From assembly GCA_963755045.1 (NCBI GenBank), contig CAVWIL010000009.1:9485-73484 (forward strand): a stretch of DNA of 64,000 nt, given 5' to 3'. This stretch comes from Nitrospirota bacterium. Its GTDB lineage: Bacteria > Nitrospirota > UBA9217. A program made the translations under genes and the position numbers. The notes beneath the pieces are model-generated. The model saw only the letters and a program-made list of their open reading frames with translations. It did no database searches and was not told the DNA's origin. Shown in pieces: positions 1-11,099 of the stretch (the stretch's first letter is position 1; the number at the start of each line of letters is the position of its first letter).

Positions 1-102
1 ATCTGGAAAAAAGCCCTCGTTTTTGACCCTGAAAATACAGGGATCAAGAATGCCATTGAAACCGCCACCTTGCAACTGCAGAAACTGAAGAGCCTGAAAT
101 AA
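1..102 (+). CDS. C-terminal end of a probable TPR-containing protein (partial)
   Basis: Frame 1 reads IWKKALVFDPENTGIKNAIETATLQLQKLKSLK*; WKKALxxDPxN is a TPR-like motif. Confidence 0.6.
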   Translation: MWKKALVFDPENTGIKNAIETATLQLQKLKSLK

Positions 103-190
103 ATCAGGGGAACACTGCCGAAATGAGCTTTATGGCAAGCCTGGCCGCGCGCGGCATCGATTGCATGTTGTCCCGCGTTTCTCCCGTCAC

Positions 191-895
191 TTAAATTTTC
201 CCGCCCAAATACCTCAGTCTTTTCTCTTCCGGAAATCTCTCGATCGCGTACCTCAGCATGGTACGCGGCATTTTTTTATAATGTCGGCTCAGAAATTTCT
301 CTTCAACAGAAAGAGAACGCTTTCCGACCTCTCGAAGCATCCATCCAACCGCCTTGTGAAGAAGATCGTGATCGTCCATGAGAAGCATTTTCGATATCCT
401 GAGCGTATCATCGAAATCCTTCTGCTTGATAAACTGGAATGTTGCCAATATCGCTATTCGTTTTTTCCACAGATTCTTTGATTGAGCGAAGGTATACAGC
501 GGCTTTCTGCTCTTGTCCAGAAGGTATGCCCCAACGATGTTCGGGGCCGACAGGTCTACGAGGTCCCAGTTGTTTATGAACTTTGTGTTCTTGAGGTAAA
601 GGCTGAAGATCTTCCTTTGGAGAGAATAATCGCCCCTGGCATACGCTTGGACCAGCATGAGAAGTGCGAGCAGGCGTTCCTCGTGAACAGTTGAGGCAAG
701 CAGCGTCGTGATCTCATCGAGTGGAGCGTTCTGAAATTCCTTAGACACCCTCCGGATGTCAGGGACCACGACCCCGAGAAAGACATCCCCTTCTCCGTAC
801 TCCCCCGGCCCGGTCTTGAAGAACCTCTGCAGGACCTTCGCCTTTTCCCTGGTAGCGAATTGTCGTAAACGTTTCTGGATTTGCTGCGCGGTCAT
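191..895 (-). CDS. DNA alkylation repair protein (AlkD-like)
   Basis: 234 aa with FFKTGPGEYGEGDVFLGV, NNWDLVD, KAVGWMLRE and MPRTMLRYAIE motifs. Confidence 0.9.
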   Translation of the reverse strand: MTAQQIQKRLRQFATREKAKVLQRFFKTGPGEYGEGDVFLGVVVPDIRRVSKEFQNAPLDEITTLLASTVHEERLLALLMLVQAYARGDYSLQRKIFSLYLKNTKFINNWDLVDLSAPNIVGAYLLDKSRKPLYTFAQSKNLWKKRIAILATFQFIKQKDFDDTLRISKMLLMDDHDLLHKAVGWMLREVGKRSLSVEEKFLSRHYKKMPRTMLRYAIERFPEEKRLRYLGGKI

Positions 896-973
896 TGAAT
901 GCTTTGAGAATTCGTCATCTTATTTTTGGTTCTTCTGACTTTTCTGCGGGTCACTTAATTGCACGTATCGCTT

Positions 974-1493
974 TTTATTCTTCATTAACAATCTGTTTCC
1001 TGAATGTTATCTAAGTTGGCACGTGTCCCACATGTGCATTGTTTTTTTGGGCAGCTCATCACTCGGCCACGCAGCATGCCGGGAAGATGTACAGTACCTC
1101 CACCCTGATATGCAGGACTCGCATCACTCCACCCTCGCCCTTTAAAAAAGGGCTCGGCCGTGTCTGCCTTGTCTTGTTCTCGTAACTATGCTCTGTGCAG
1201 CATTGCTACGCGTGTCTCTCGCGTCAGAGCTACCCGGCGCAGGGGAATGGCAGAAATCTTTGACTTTCCAGAAGCCCCTGCATCCCATGAACAGGTTCGC
1301 GCACAAGCATGGTAAGGTAGAAAAGACCGATGCTGTCACAAAGCCAGGCAGACGCGGCCGAGTCCGTTCTCTGGGCGAGGGGAAGCGCTGCGATGCTCGA
1401 AAAGGCTTGTTATCAGTACCGGCAATCATGCCCTGCGCGGAGCTGTGAACTGGGGTGCAGAAAAAAATAGGACCGCGACATGTGCTGAGTTAG
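974..1493 (+). repeat. Non-coding element with imperfect inverted ends; first ~285 bp recur inverted at 48566-48842
   Basis: Manual alignment of 974-1258 to the reverse complement of 48566-48842 is colinear with scattered substitutions; CTAAGTTGGCACGTGTC (1011) versus GACATGTGCTGAGTTAG (ending 1493). Confidence 0.75.
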
Positions 1494-1532
1494 GAACAGA
1501 GAAAAGCGACCCACACAAAACCCGGAAGACCC

Positions 1533-2354
1533 TTATTTTTTAAAGACCGCTGAAAAAAAATTAGTCATGTCTTCCCATGACCTTTTATCAGCTTCAGCAT
1601 TGTACGCCAGCGGAAGGTTGAACCTTTTGCCAAGTTCGTCAGCTTCGGGATTTGTGAAGCTGTGGACTGCGCCGGGATAGTTGATAAACTGGAAATCGAC
1701 CTTTGCGTCCTGCATTTCCTGCATGAACGCATCGATCGCCTGCTGTGGAGTGAATTTGTCGTCCTCGCCGTTATACACCCGGATCTTCGCCTTTACCTTT
1801 CCCGCCTGAGCAGGTTTGACCGCGGCGAGACTGCCGTGGAAGCTCGCCACGGCCTTGAGGTCAACGCCCTGCCGGGCCATGTTCAGCACCACCCCGCCTC
1901 CAAAACAATAGCCGATTGCCGCGATCTGTTTCGGGTCCACGGTATAATGCTTTTTAAGAAAATCCTCGGCCGCCTTGAAGCGTATCTTCGCGGTATCAAA
2001 GTTCTTCATGGTTTCTGACGAGAACTTCCCCGCGTCGTCGGGATGCATGGCCTGTTTACCCTCTCCGTACATGTCCACTGCCAGAGCCGTGTAGCCCAGT
2101 TCAGCCAGCATCCTGGCGCGCTTGCGGACATACTCGTTCTGTCCCCACCATTCGTGGACCACAAGCACCCCTGGCCGCTTGCCTTTGATATTCGAATCAT
2201 ATGCCAGGTAGCCCTTCATGGTCACTCCACCGGCCTTGTACTCCACCGGCTTTCCTTCGATCGTGGGGGCAGCTGAAACCAAACGCGCAATTGTCAATAC
2301 CATGGCGAAAACCAGCATTCCGGCAAAATATTTTTTCATAGCATCCTCCTTCAA
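1533..2354 (-). CDS. Dienelactone hydrolase family protein, probably exported
   Basis: HEWWG, GYCFGG nucleophile motif, HSFTNP; signal peptide-like N-terminus. Confidence 0.9.
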   Translation of the reverse strand: MKEDAMKKYFAGMLVFAMVLTIARLVSAAPTIEGKPVEYKAGGVTMKGYLAYDSNIKGKRPGVLVVHEWWGQNEYVRKRARMLAELGYTALAVDMYGEGKQAMHPDDAGKFSSETMKNFDTAKIRFKAAEDFLKKHYTVDPKQIAAIGYCFGGGVVLNMARQGVDLKAVASFHGSLAAVKPAQAGKVKAKIRVYNGEDDKFTPQQAIDAFMQEMQDAKVDFQFINYPGAVHSFTNPEADELGKRFNLPLAYNAEADKRSWEDMTNFFSAVFKK

Positions 2355-2552
2355 TTAAATTACATGATGTCAGGGTCGGCGACGGAGTATTCCGTTGTCC
2401 ATTCGGGCCAAGCCTCTCGATGCATGAGCTTGACGCATCACGAGGTTGGACTGCAAACGGATTCTAAAGTAGTATTAATGATATTTTAGAACATATTGCA
2501 CTGCTGTTGATAGGGATATTGTAGCAGAAAAAAAGAGTGCTTTCGCGGGTCG

Positions 2553-3020
2553 TTACCGGTTCCGTTCCTTCACCACCCGCTCCACTTCCCGCTTCGATTC
2601 CTTCGCCTTGATCGTTTCCCGCTTGTCATAGAACTTCTTGCCCTTGGCAAGACCGATCAGCACCTTGGCCTTGCCGCGCACGAAATAGATCTTGAGCGGG
2701 ATGAGCGTGAACCCTTTCTGAGACACCTTCCAGGTAATTTTGCGGATCTCTTCTTTATGCAGCAGGAGCTTGCGGGTCCGGAGCGGTTCGTGGTTCGCAA
2801 TGTTGCCGTGGGTATAGGGGCTAATGTTCGCATTCAGTAGGAACATCTCTTCGTTCTTGACGATGGCGTAGCTGTCCGTCAGGTTCGCCAGCCCCAGGCG
2901 CAGGGACTTCACCTCCGTGCCCTGAAGCGCGATGCCGGCCTCGACGGTCTCCTCGATAAAGTAGTCGTGGAACGCCTTGCGGTTTGTAGCGACCGCGGTG
3001 TCCTGTTTCTTTTCTGTCAT
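2553..3020 (-). CDS. smpB: SsrA-binding protein
   Basis: NRKAFHDY, EAGIALQGTEVKSLR, GKKFYDKRE. Confidence 0.98.
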   Translation of the reverse strand: MTEKKQDTAVATNRKAFHDYFIEETVEAGIALQGTEVKSLRLGLANLTDSYAIVKNEEMFLLNANISPYTHGNIANHEPLRTRKLLLHKEEIRKITWKVSQKGFTLIPLKIYFVRGKAKVLIGLAKGKKFYDKRETIKAKESKREVERVVKERNR

Positions 3021-3038
3021 GACGGTTTAGAATCAAGG

Positions 3039-3338
3039 TTACTTTTCAGATTTGCTGACAAGTCTGTACGTCTCCTCGTAGATGCGTTCACGCGGACCGA
3101 CTGCGATAATTTCAACCTGCTTTTCCTGTTTGATACGGTAAATGATCCTGAACCGGCTGACACGATAGCTTCTCAATCCGTCCAGTTCCTGGGTGAGGGC
3201 CTTACCTGCGTAGGGATCAGCCGCGATCACTTGAAAAGCAGTTCTGAGCTTCCTTTTGATGTCCGGATGGAGCGTGCGAAGGACTGAGGCGGCATGATCG
3301 GCTACCAGCAGCTTGGAGAGTTGCCGTTTCATATTCAA
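3039..3338 (-). CDS. Type II toxin, RelE/ParE family
   Basis: PYAGKAL...GLRSYRVSRFRIIYRI...VGPRERIY; directly downstream of an antitoxin. Confidence 0.85.
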   Translation of the reverse strand: MNMKRQLSKLLVADHAASVLRTLHPDIKRKLRTAFQVIAADPYAGKALTQELDGLRSYRVSRFRIIYRIKQEKQVEIIAVGPRERIYEETYRLVSKSEK

Positions 3339-3340
3339 TC

Positions 3341-3601
3341 TCAGTCGAACAGTTCTTCAAGCGTATAGAGTCTCGCTTTCTTTCGCTTAAGGTCCTTCAG
3401 GCCTTCTTTTATTTCGCGCATCAGGGCCGCGTCAGAACGCACAGCGATGGTTTCCTTCAGGCTCTCGAACTCATCGGGGCTCACCATGACCGCGGCCGGC
3501 GCTCCATTCTTCGTAATGAGCACTTCCTCGTCCGTGGCCTGGATCGCGTCGATAAGACTGCTCAGTTTCATCTTCGCTTCGGAAAGCGACAGTGTCTTCA
3601 C
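3341..3601 (-). CDS. Type II antitoxin, Phd/YefM family
   Basis: KTLSLSEAKMKLSSLI...VLITKNGAPAAV; GTG start after GGAGG. Confidence 0.9.
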   Translation of the reverse strand: MKTLSLSEAKMKLSSLIDAIQATDEEVLITKNGAPAAVMVSPDEFESLKETIAVRSDAALMREIKEGLKDLKRKKARLYTLEELFD

Positions 3602-3640
3602 AGTAATGACCTCCATTCAGGTTGACCAGAATTCAGACCA

Positions 3641-3669
3641 ATACTACCACCTGGCGACCTCTGTGTCAA
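3641..3669 (-). promoter_or_regulatory. Sigma70-type promoter of the TA operon
   Basis: TTGACA-17 nt-TAGTAT on the minus strand upstream of the antitoxin. Confidence 0.65.
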
Positions 3670-3687
3670 GCTGGCGGGAAGTGTGGT

Positions 3688-3744
<57 letters not shown>

Positions 3745-3746
3745 CC

Positions 3747-5922
3747 CTACATCAAATTCACGGGATCAACGTCCACGATCACCTTGCACTTCCTGCCGTA
3801 CTTCTCCTCCACTGCGTTCCGTCCCTCGATCGCAAGGGACCGGATCTTGTCTCGCTGCTGCGACAGGAGCAATAGATGGAACCGGTATTGGCCGCGCACC
3901 CGTGAGATCGGCGCCGGGGCGGGACCCAGGAGAACCGTGTCCTTGCCGCGCATGAGACTGCGGATGCGGTTCTGGGCCGTCTTGGCCGCTTCCCCGGCAA
4001 GCGACTCCTGCGCGCTCTTTATCTCGAGCTTGATGATGCGTCCGACAGGCGGATAGCCGAGCTGTGTCCGGTACGCGATCTCCTCGTTGTAGAAACCCTC
4101 GTAATCATGCGTCATGCTGTGCCGGACCGAGTAGTGGTTCGGGTTCATGGTCTGGATGATGACTTCGCCTCCCAGCTCGCCCCGTCCCGCCCTGCCCGCG
4201 GCCTGGGTGACCAGCTGAAAGGTCTTCTCGGCAGCGCGAAAGTCAGGCAGGTTCAACCCCACGTCGGCATCCACCACGCCGACAAGCGTCACTGCCGGAA
4301 AATCGTGCCCCTTGGCGATCATCTGCGTGCCGAGCAGGATGTCGACCTCCCGTCGGTCCACCTTGCCGAGCAGCGTCTCGTAGGCCTGCCTGCCCTTGAC
4401 CGAGTCGCTGTCCATGCGCAGGATGCGCGCTGCCGGAAAAAGCGCCTTCAGTTCCTCTTCGATCTTCTGTGTTCCTGATCCGAGCAGCTTCATCGCAAGG
4501 CCTGAACAGGCCGGACACTTGTCCGGCGGCCGGGTGATGAAACCGCAATAGTGGCATTTCAACTTCCGCTCCGTCTTATGGAACGTGAGTGACACGCTGC
4601 AGCTCGGGCATTTGACGGCTACACCGCAGTCACTGCATATCAGAACGGAAGAAAAACCGCGGCGGTTCAACAGCAGGAGGGACTGTTCGTTCCGGGCGAG
4701 CCGCTGCGTGATATGATCGATGAGCAGGGGCGAATAGAGCGAAGACTTGGGCAGGGTCTTTACGTCAATGACAGCAACCTCGGGCATGGGGCGGTGGTCC
4801 ACGCGGTCCGCCAGGCGGAGATACTGGTATTTGCCCGATCGGGCGTTGTAATAGCTTTCGAGGGACGGCGTCGCGGAACCGAGGACCGCGACCGCGTTTA
4901 GAGAGCTTCGCGCGCATGATCGCAACGTCCCGTGCGCTGTACCGAAGACCTTCGTCCTGTTTGTACGAGTTCTCATGCTCTTCGTCCACGATGATAAGCC
5001 CGATGTTCTCAAAAGGCGCGAACACTGCCGAGCGGGCACCGATTGCCACGCTCACCTGTCCGGCCTGGATGCGGCGGTATTCGTCGGCCCGCTCGCGGTC
5101 GGTCAGCCCGCTGTGCAGCACCGCCACCCGGTCGCCGAAACGGCCCTTGAACCGGGCAAGCAGCTGGGGCGTGAGCGCGATCTCCGGCACCAGCACAATG
5201 GCCCCTTTTCCCGTGTTCGCGAGTCCGCTGATGGCGTGAAGATAAACCTCGGTCTTGCCGCTCCCGGTCACGCCGTGCAGGAGAAATACGCCGAACGTTT
5301 TACCGGCAACAGACTCGTTGATACGCCGCACGGCCTCGGACTGCGCTGGCATGAGCCCGGGCGGCGCACTCGGAAGAAACTCCCCGGCGTCCGGTTTCTC
5401 ATTCGCTTCCTTCTCGATGATCGTCGCCATCGCTGCGTCGCACAGTGACCTGATGGTGGCCGGAGCATAGTCCTTCAACTCCTCCATGCCGATGACCTGG
5501 CGATCGCACAGGAGCAGCAGAAGCTCTCTCTGCTTCGGCCCGCGGATCGACCCCATATCGTGGTCCCCCGCGACGATCTGCAGGTATCTTTTCTTTTTCG
5601 GTTTTGTTCGGGACAGGGCCTTCGGCACGAGCGCTTCGATGGTCTGGCCAAACGGGTGCAGGTAATAATCGGATATCCAGCGGGCAAGAGCGAGGAGCCC
5701 GGGCGTGAGCGGGTTATCGAGAAGCTCGATCACGGACTTCAGACCGGTGACTTCGGCCTTGCCGGGAAAACCGATGACCGTCCCCTCGATGCGCCTGTTC
5801 CCGAACGGCACCAGCACGCGCGATCCCGGAACAAGACGTCCCCGCATCTCCTGAGGCACTCGATAGTGAAATGTTTTGTGAACAGCGACGCCGACAGCTA
5901 TATCAACGACAGAGTCGGGCAT
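3747..5922 (-). CDS. priA: Primosomal protein N' (frameshift near 4900, probably sequencing error)
   Basis: GVTGSGKTEVY and DEEH in 4765-5943; GSATPS, zinc CxxC motifs and QAAGRAGR in 3747-5039. Confidence 0.95.
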
Positions 5923-5939
5923 AGAGTTAGGAAAGGAGT

Positions 5940-6491
5940 TCAAGAATCCAGGGGGAGGAGCAATTTTTCAGGCTTTTGTTTTTTTTCTTCCGCCTTCTGC
6001 GGTTTTTCCGTGACAACGTCCTTAGTGTCCTTCATTTCCTTGTTGCTCAGGATGTCCTTCAGTTCGCTCATGAACTCGTTGATGTCACGGAAGGACCGAT
6101 ACACGGAGGCGAAACGGACATAGGCCACTTCGTCAAGCCTGTGCAGCCGTTCCATCACTTCCTCGCCCACCATCGTGCTCGGAATCTCCTTGAGGCCCTT
6201 TTCCTGAAGAACTTTTTCGATCTCTTCAACGGTCCGCTCGAGCATTTCCATGCTGATCGGTCTTTTTTCGCAGGCCTTTTTGAGGCCGTTCAGGATCTTC
6301 AGGCGGTCAAAGGGCTCACGCCGGCCGTCCTTCTTTATGACCGAGGGAAGCACTTCCTCCACGCGCTCGTAGGTGGTAAACCGCCCCTCGCATTTCAGAC
6401 ACTCGCGCCGCCGCCGGATGGATTCGCCTTCTTTTCCCATCCGGGAATCAACCACCTTGTTATCTATGCTGGAACAGTAGGGACAACGCAT
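5940..6491 (-). CDS. nrdR: Transcriptional repressor NrdR
   Basis: MRCPYC...[10 protein letters not shown]...FTTYE, ATP cone, [10 protein letters not shown]. Confidence 0.98.
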   Translation of the reverse strand: MRCPYCSSIDNKVVDSRMGKEGESIRRRRECLKCEGRFTTYERVEEVLPSVIKKDGRREPFDRLKILNGLKKACEKRPISMEMLERTVEEIEKVLQEKGLKEIPSTMVGEEVMERLHRLDEVAYVRFASVYRSFRDINEFMSELKDILSNKEMKDTKDVVTEKPQKAEEKKQKPEKLLLPLDS

Positions 6492-6527
6492 CGGACCCCC
6501 GGGGAAATATCGATGGACGATCGCTCG

Positions 6528-7022
6528 CTAGGACGACGGACGTGTTTTCTTCTCGTCTCTCGTCCCTCGTCCTTCGTCCTTCCTGTACTGCGAGATTTTT
6601 AATCCTGACTCTTTCAGCATTTCTTCGGCGAGTTTGTCCGGATACCCATCCTCAAAGATGATGTGCTTGACGCCCGAGTTGATGATCATCTTGGCGCAGA
6701 TGCCGCAAGGCTGGTTCGTACAATAGAGCGTGGCGCCGTCGATGTTCGTTCCATGCCGCGCAGCCTGTATGATCGCATTCTGCTCCGCGTGCAGGCCGCG
6801 GCAGATCTCGTGCCGCTCACCCGAAGGGATTCCCATCTGCTCGCGCAGGCAGCCTCGATCGAGACAATGCTCGATGCCCGACGGGGCGCCGTTGTAGCCC
6901 GTCGCAAGAATGTTCTTGTCCTTCACGAGCACGGCCCCGACCTGGCGGCGGAGACAGGTGGCCCGCTTCTTCACCAGGTGCGCGATCTCCATGAAATACT
7001 CGTCCCACGTAGGTCTTGTCAT
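6528..7022 (-). CDS. Deoxycytidylate deaminase family protein
   Basis: [24 protein letters not shown]. Confidence 0.92.
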   Translation of the reverse strand: MTRPTWDEYFMEIAHLVKKRATCLRRQVGAVLVKDKNILATGYNGAPSGIEHCLDRGCLREQMGIPSGERHEICRGLHAEQNAIIQAARHGTNIDGATLYCTNQPCGICAKMIINSGVKHIIFEDGYPDKLAEEMLKESGLKISQYRKDEGRGTRDEKKTRPSS

Positions 7023-7129
7023 AAGGCCTCTACTGGAAATTGGAGATTTGAGAATGAATGCTGTGGCAGCTCCTTTTTCCATAATTTTCCAATTTACAAT
7101 TTCCAATCTCCAATTTCCAATTCGGCGAT

Positions 7130-8383
7130 CTACGCCGTCGTCTTTTCCCCGGCGAACAGCGGGAATCCGGCGCAGAACGCCTTCGTCCTTTCCTTGATCG
7201 CGGCCAGCTTCTCAGCGGATTTGCCGTTCACGAGCACCTCACAAATAAGGTCACCGATGATCTTCATTTCCGGCTCGCGCATTCCGCGCGTGGTCACGAT
7301 CGGGGTGCCGAGTCGGATGCCGCTCGTGGTCACCGGCGGCTTCTGGTCGTAGGGGATGCTGTTCTTGTTTACCGTGATCCCCGCGGCGTCGAGCGCGATC
7401 TCTGCGTCCCTGCCCGTGATATTCTTTGGGGTCAGGTCCACGAGCATGAGATGATTTTCCGTGGCGCCTGAAACAATGCGCAACCCGTCCTGGGTAAGCC
7501 GCCGCGCCAGCGCCTTTGCATTCTTCACGACCTGATGCTGATAATCACGGAACTCCGGCATGAGCGCTTCCTTGAAGGAAACGGCCTTGGCCGCTATCAC
7601 ATGGACGAGCGGCCCTCCCTGGATACCGGGAAAGATGACCTTGTCCACGGCCTTGGCGAACTGTTGTTTGCACAGGATCATGCCTCCGCGCGGGCCCCGC
7701 AAGGTCTTGTGCGTCGTCGTGGTCACGAAGTCGGCAAAGGGTACGGGACTTGGGTGCTCGCCCACCGCTACGAGTCCCGCGATGTGCGCGATATCGGCCA
7801 TGAGATAAGCGCCCACCTTGTCGGCGATCTGCCGGAAGCGCGCAAAGTCCAGGACGCGCGAATAAGCGCTGTACCCGCAAATGATCATTTTCGGCTTGTG
7901 CTCGATCGCCAGCCGCTCGACTTCATCATAATCAAGCAGCTCTGTTTTCCTGTCCACGCCGTAGGAAATTGATTTGTAGAGCTGGCCTGAAAAGCTCACG
8001 CTGGCCCCATGGGTCAGGTGGCCGCCGTGGGCGAGCCCCATGCCAAGGATCGTGTCTCCGGGCTTAAGCACACTGAAGTAGACCGCCATGTTAGCCGAGG
8101 AGCCGGAGTGAGGCTGTACGTTCACGTGCTCCGCGCCGAAGAGCTGCTTTGCCCGCTCGATGGCGAGCGTTTCAACCTCGTCGGCGAACTCGCACCCGCC
8201 ATAATAGCGCCGGTTCGGATATCCTTCAGCATACTTGTTCGTGAACACCGAGCCCTGCGCTTCGAGCACGGCCTGACTCACATAGTTTTCCGATGCAATG
8301 AGGACGATCTTGGAGAGCTCGCGCTCCTCCTCGCTTTTGATCGCGTTATAGACCTCGGGGTCTTCCATTTTTAGGTCCGACAT
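7130..8383 (-). CDS. glyA: Serine hydroxymethyltransferase
   Basis: [28 protein letters not shown]. Confidence 0.99.
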   Translation of the reverse strand: MSDLKMEDPEVYNAIKSEEERELSKIVLIASENYVSQAVLEAQGSVFTNKYAEGYPNRRYYGGCEFADEVETLAIERAKQLFGAEHVNVQPHSGSSANMAVYFSVLKPGDTILGMGLAHGGHLTHGASVSFSGQLYKSISYGVDRKTELLDYDEVERLAIEHKPKMIICGYSAYSRVLDFARFRQIADKVGAYLMADIAHIAGLVAVGEHPSPVPFADFVTTTTHKTLRGPRGGMILCKQQFAKAVDKVIFPGIQGGPLVHVIAAKAVSFKEALMPEFRDYQHQVVKNAKALARRLTQDGLRIVSGATENHLMLVDLTPKNITGRDAEIALDAAGITVNKNSIPYDQKPPVTTSGIRLGTPIVTTRGMREPEMKIIGDLICEVLVNGKSAEKLAAIKERTKAFCAGFPLFAGEKTTA

Positions 8384-8481
8384 TCTGGTATCCTTTACAA
8401 AAGAATAGGGTCAAGGGGCATCGTGCCGCGGGCAAGGGAACCGGGTATTCCATGCATTATGATCCCCACTGCTTCTTGCAG

Positions 8482-8943
8482 CTATTTTCCCGCTGATCCG
8501 ATCGACGTTTCTATCTCTCTGATCTTGTCGAGCCGGCGCTGGTGACGGCTGCCCTCAAATTCGGTCTCAAGCCAGGCTTTTACGATGTCCAGGGCGACGC
8601 CCCTGCCGATGACCCGCTCGCCCATTACGAGCACATTGGCGTCATTGTGCAACCGGCTCATCCTCGCGGTAAAGTTGTCATGGCAAAGCGCGGCCCGCAC
8701 GCGGGGAAATCGGTTCGCCACGATCGACATGCCGATCCCGGTACCGCAGATCAGGATGCCGCGGTCGACGGTCCCCCGTGATACCGCTTCCGAGACCATT
8801 CGCCCGTAGTCGGGATAATCCACCGAATCCCTGGTCGTCGTGCCGAAGTCGGAAACCTCGATGTTCTTGATCGACTGGAGAAATTTCAAGATCTCCTGTT
8901 TGAGCTCAACGCCGCCGTGGTCCGCACCAATCGCCAGTTTCAC
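8482..8943 (-). CDS. rpiB: Ribose 5-phosphate isomerase B
   Basis: IGADHGG, CGTGIGMSI, HNDANVL; GTG start after GAGGAG. Confidence 0.96.
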   Translation of the reverse strand: MKLAIGADHGGVELKQEILKFLQSIKNIEVSDFGTTTRDSVDYPDYGRMVSEAVSRGTVDRGILICGTGIGMSIVANRFPRVRAALCHDNFTARMSRLHNDANVLVMGERVIGRGVALDIVKAWLETEFEGSRHQRRLDKIREIETSIGSAGK

Positions 8944-9190
8944 GTGAAGTGCTCCTCTCATCGCGTCTCCCCGGGGTAGCGGGTTTGCAGCCTCCCCCCG
9001 ATTGTTCCTTCGGAGGACAGGGATGTCTTTGTTTCAGGGAAATTGATATTAACATCTCCGCTGTTTTTGTGTCAAGGGAAATACCGGGGACAATACCGGG
9101 ACATGAAAAGTGGCGACCAGGGAAAAACTATGCGTCTCGAACCGTCACGGATCGCGAAATCCAGCGCTCATGCAGGTTTACTGTCGTCGC

Positions 9191-10147
9191 TCAGGGCTTC
9201 TTCTCGTCCCGGGCTTTTTCCCGCAGATCGTCGGGACATGCACTTACGCTCTTCTGCTCCCTGTTTGCCGAGGATGCCGGACCGTCAAGCGATTCCAGGT
9301 GTGTAATCACCTCGGCATCACGCAACGCGCTCCGGATTTCGGATTCGATGCGCTCGGCGAGTTCATGCCCGCGATTGACCGTCCATGAGCCGGGAACAAG
9401 CACATGGAGCGATATGAACCGGCTATTCCCTGCCTGCCGTGTGCGAAGATCATGGCACTCTATGCCGTGCTGCCTGCCGAACCGGTCAAGGATATCGCGC
9501 ACGTTCTTTAGATCTTCAGGGGGGATCGAAGTGTCCATCAATCCTGCTACTGAATCCCGGACGATGCGGAACCCTGACCATACAATGTTGCCCGCAACGA
9601 TCAAAGCTACCATGGGGTCCAGTCGCTGCCATCCGGTCAGAACGACCGCGCCGACACCGACCACCACACCCGCCGAGGTCCAGACATCGGTCAGCAAATG
9701 GTGCGCATTGGCTTTCAGCGTGATGGATTGGTGCTGTTTCGCGGCGCGGAGCAGGACCAGCGCCACCCCCAGGTTTACCAGGGCCGCGGCGACGGACACT
9801 GCAAGTCCCAGCCCGACCTGCTCCAGAGATCGGGGATGTAAAATCCGCGGGATGGCCGTTATCGCGATGCTGACCGCCGCAAGGACGATCAAGGTTCCCT
9901 CGACACCGCTGGAAAAGTATTCCGCTTTGCTGTGGCCGTAGGCATGGTCGTCATCAGCCGGCCGGGCCGCAATCGTCAGCATCGCCAGCGCCATAATCGC
10001 GCCCACAAGATTCACCAGGGACTCGAGCGCATCCGAAAGCAGTCCCACAGAGCCGGTGATAAGATACGCCGCGGTCTTGAGCCCGATGGTCAGGATTGCC
10101 GCGGCAATAGAGAGCCAGGCATAACGCGCGAGAGAGGATCGATTCAT
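9191..10147 (-). CDS. Cation diffusion facilitator family transporter
   Basis: [30 protein letters not shown]. Confidence 0.93.
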   Translation of the reverse strand: MNRSSLARYAWLSIAAAILTIGLKTAAYLITGSVGLLSDALESLVNLVGAIMALAMLTIAARPADDDHAYGHSKAEYFSSGVEGTLIVLAAVSIAITAIPRILHPRSLEQVGLGLAVSVAAALVNLGVALVLLRAAKQHQSITLKANAHHLLTDVWTSAGVVVGVGAVVLTGWQRLDPMVALIVAGNIVWSGFRIVRDSVAGLMDTSIPPEDLKNVRDILDRFGRQHGIECHDLRTRQAGNSRFISLHVLVPGSWTVNRGHELAERIESEIRSALRDAEVITHLESLDGPASSANREQKSVSACPDDLREKARDEKKP

Positions 10148-10205
10148 ATTCGGTGATTGTCCCTGTTTGTCCACGTGAACAGAAATTCTTTCCCGGCAAT
10201 GGAAA

Positions 10206-10961
10206 TCAGCCGGCCGCCGGTCGGCCATCAAAAAACTCGTACCCGATCATGCTGAGCACGGCAATGGCCGCGGTCTCGGTGCGGAGTATATTCGGGCCAA
10301 GGCTCACCAGATGGAATCCTTTGTTGTGAGCCGCTTCCGCCTCATGTGCCGAGAACCCGCCTTCGGGGCCGATGAGAACGTTGATGTTCTTAATCTCAGG
10401 ATTCGCACGAAGGATTTCCTTGATCGGGACAGTTCCTTCTTCCCAGGGGAGGAGGAGCAGGGTCCGGGGTTCAGGGGACAGGGTCCGAAGAAACTCAGGG
10501 AACGATACTAGATGACCAACCTGCGGAATGTCCAGCCTGTTGCTCTGCATGGCCGCTTCCCGGGCGATCCTCTGCCACCGAGCAACCCGCTTCTCCTCGT
10601 CCCTCACCTTCACGATCGTCCGCTCGGTGAGCAGAGGAACGATGTTCGCAACGCCGAGTTCCGTGGCCTTTTGCACGATCCAGTCCATCTTGTCGGACTT
10701 TGGCAAGCCCTGACCCAGGGTGATGAGGGGATAACGGATTTCCCGCTTCGATCGGGCCTTCACCACGGCTGTGATATCGGATTTATTGACCTGCGCGATC
10801 TTCGCTGAATACTCGGCGCCTTTGCCGTCGCACAGCAGAAGCTCGTCGCCTGTCTTCATGCGAAGGACTTTCACGATATGGTGCACGTCATCGCCGGAGA
10901 TGGTGATGCTCTGGCCACTGACCTGTTCGGGAGATATGAAAAAACGCGGTGGTCTGGGCAT
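10206..10961 (-). CDS. rsmE: 16S rRNA m3U1498 methyltransferase
   Basis: [27 protein letters not shown]. Confidence 0.97.
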   Translation of the reverse strand: MPRPPRFFISPEQVSGQSITISGDDVHHIVKVLRMKTGDELLLCDGKGAEYSAKIAQVNKSDITAVVKARSKREIRYPLITLGQGLPKSDKMDWIVQKATELGVANIVPLLTERTIVKVRDEEKRVARWQRIAREAAMQSNRLDIPQVGHLVSFPEFLRTLSPEPRTLLLLPWEEGTVPIKEILRANPEIKNINVLIGPEGGFSAHEAEAAHNKGFHLVSLGPNILRTETAAIAVLSMIGYEFFDGRPAAG

Positions 10962-11010
10962 TGGGAATACAATTGGGAATACAGTTCAGCGTTCAGCGTT
11001 TAAAACGCTT

Positions 11011-11088
11011 ACCACGGATGGACACGGATTAACACGGATAAGAAAAATATCTTTTTTTCTCAAGTCTTTCCTCTGCGTCCTCTGTGGT
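11011..11088. repeat. Empty palindromic repeat with a CACGGAT-type left arm and a CTCTG-type right arm
   Basis: ACCACGGATGGACACGGATTAACACGGAT ... CTCTGCGTCCTCTGTGGT. Confidence 0.7.
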
Positions 11089-11099
11089 TAAAAATGCTT

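Noticed and set aside
3747-5943. Programmed frameshifting or pseudogenisation in priA, and likewise metG, rplY, the OFOR subunits and the TPR gene
   Set aside because: Many unrelated and essential genes show small indels with intact motifs on both sides; consensus error is the simpler explanation.
8962-9040. Riboswitch upstream of rpiB-glyA
   Set aside because: GC-rich, but I could not match ZTP, glycine or THF aptamer motifs.
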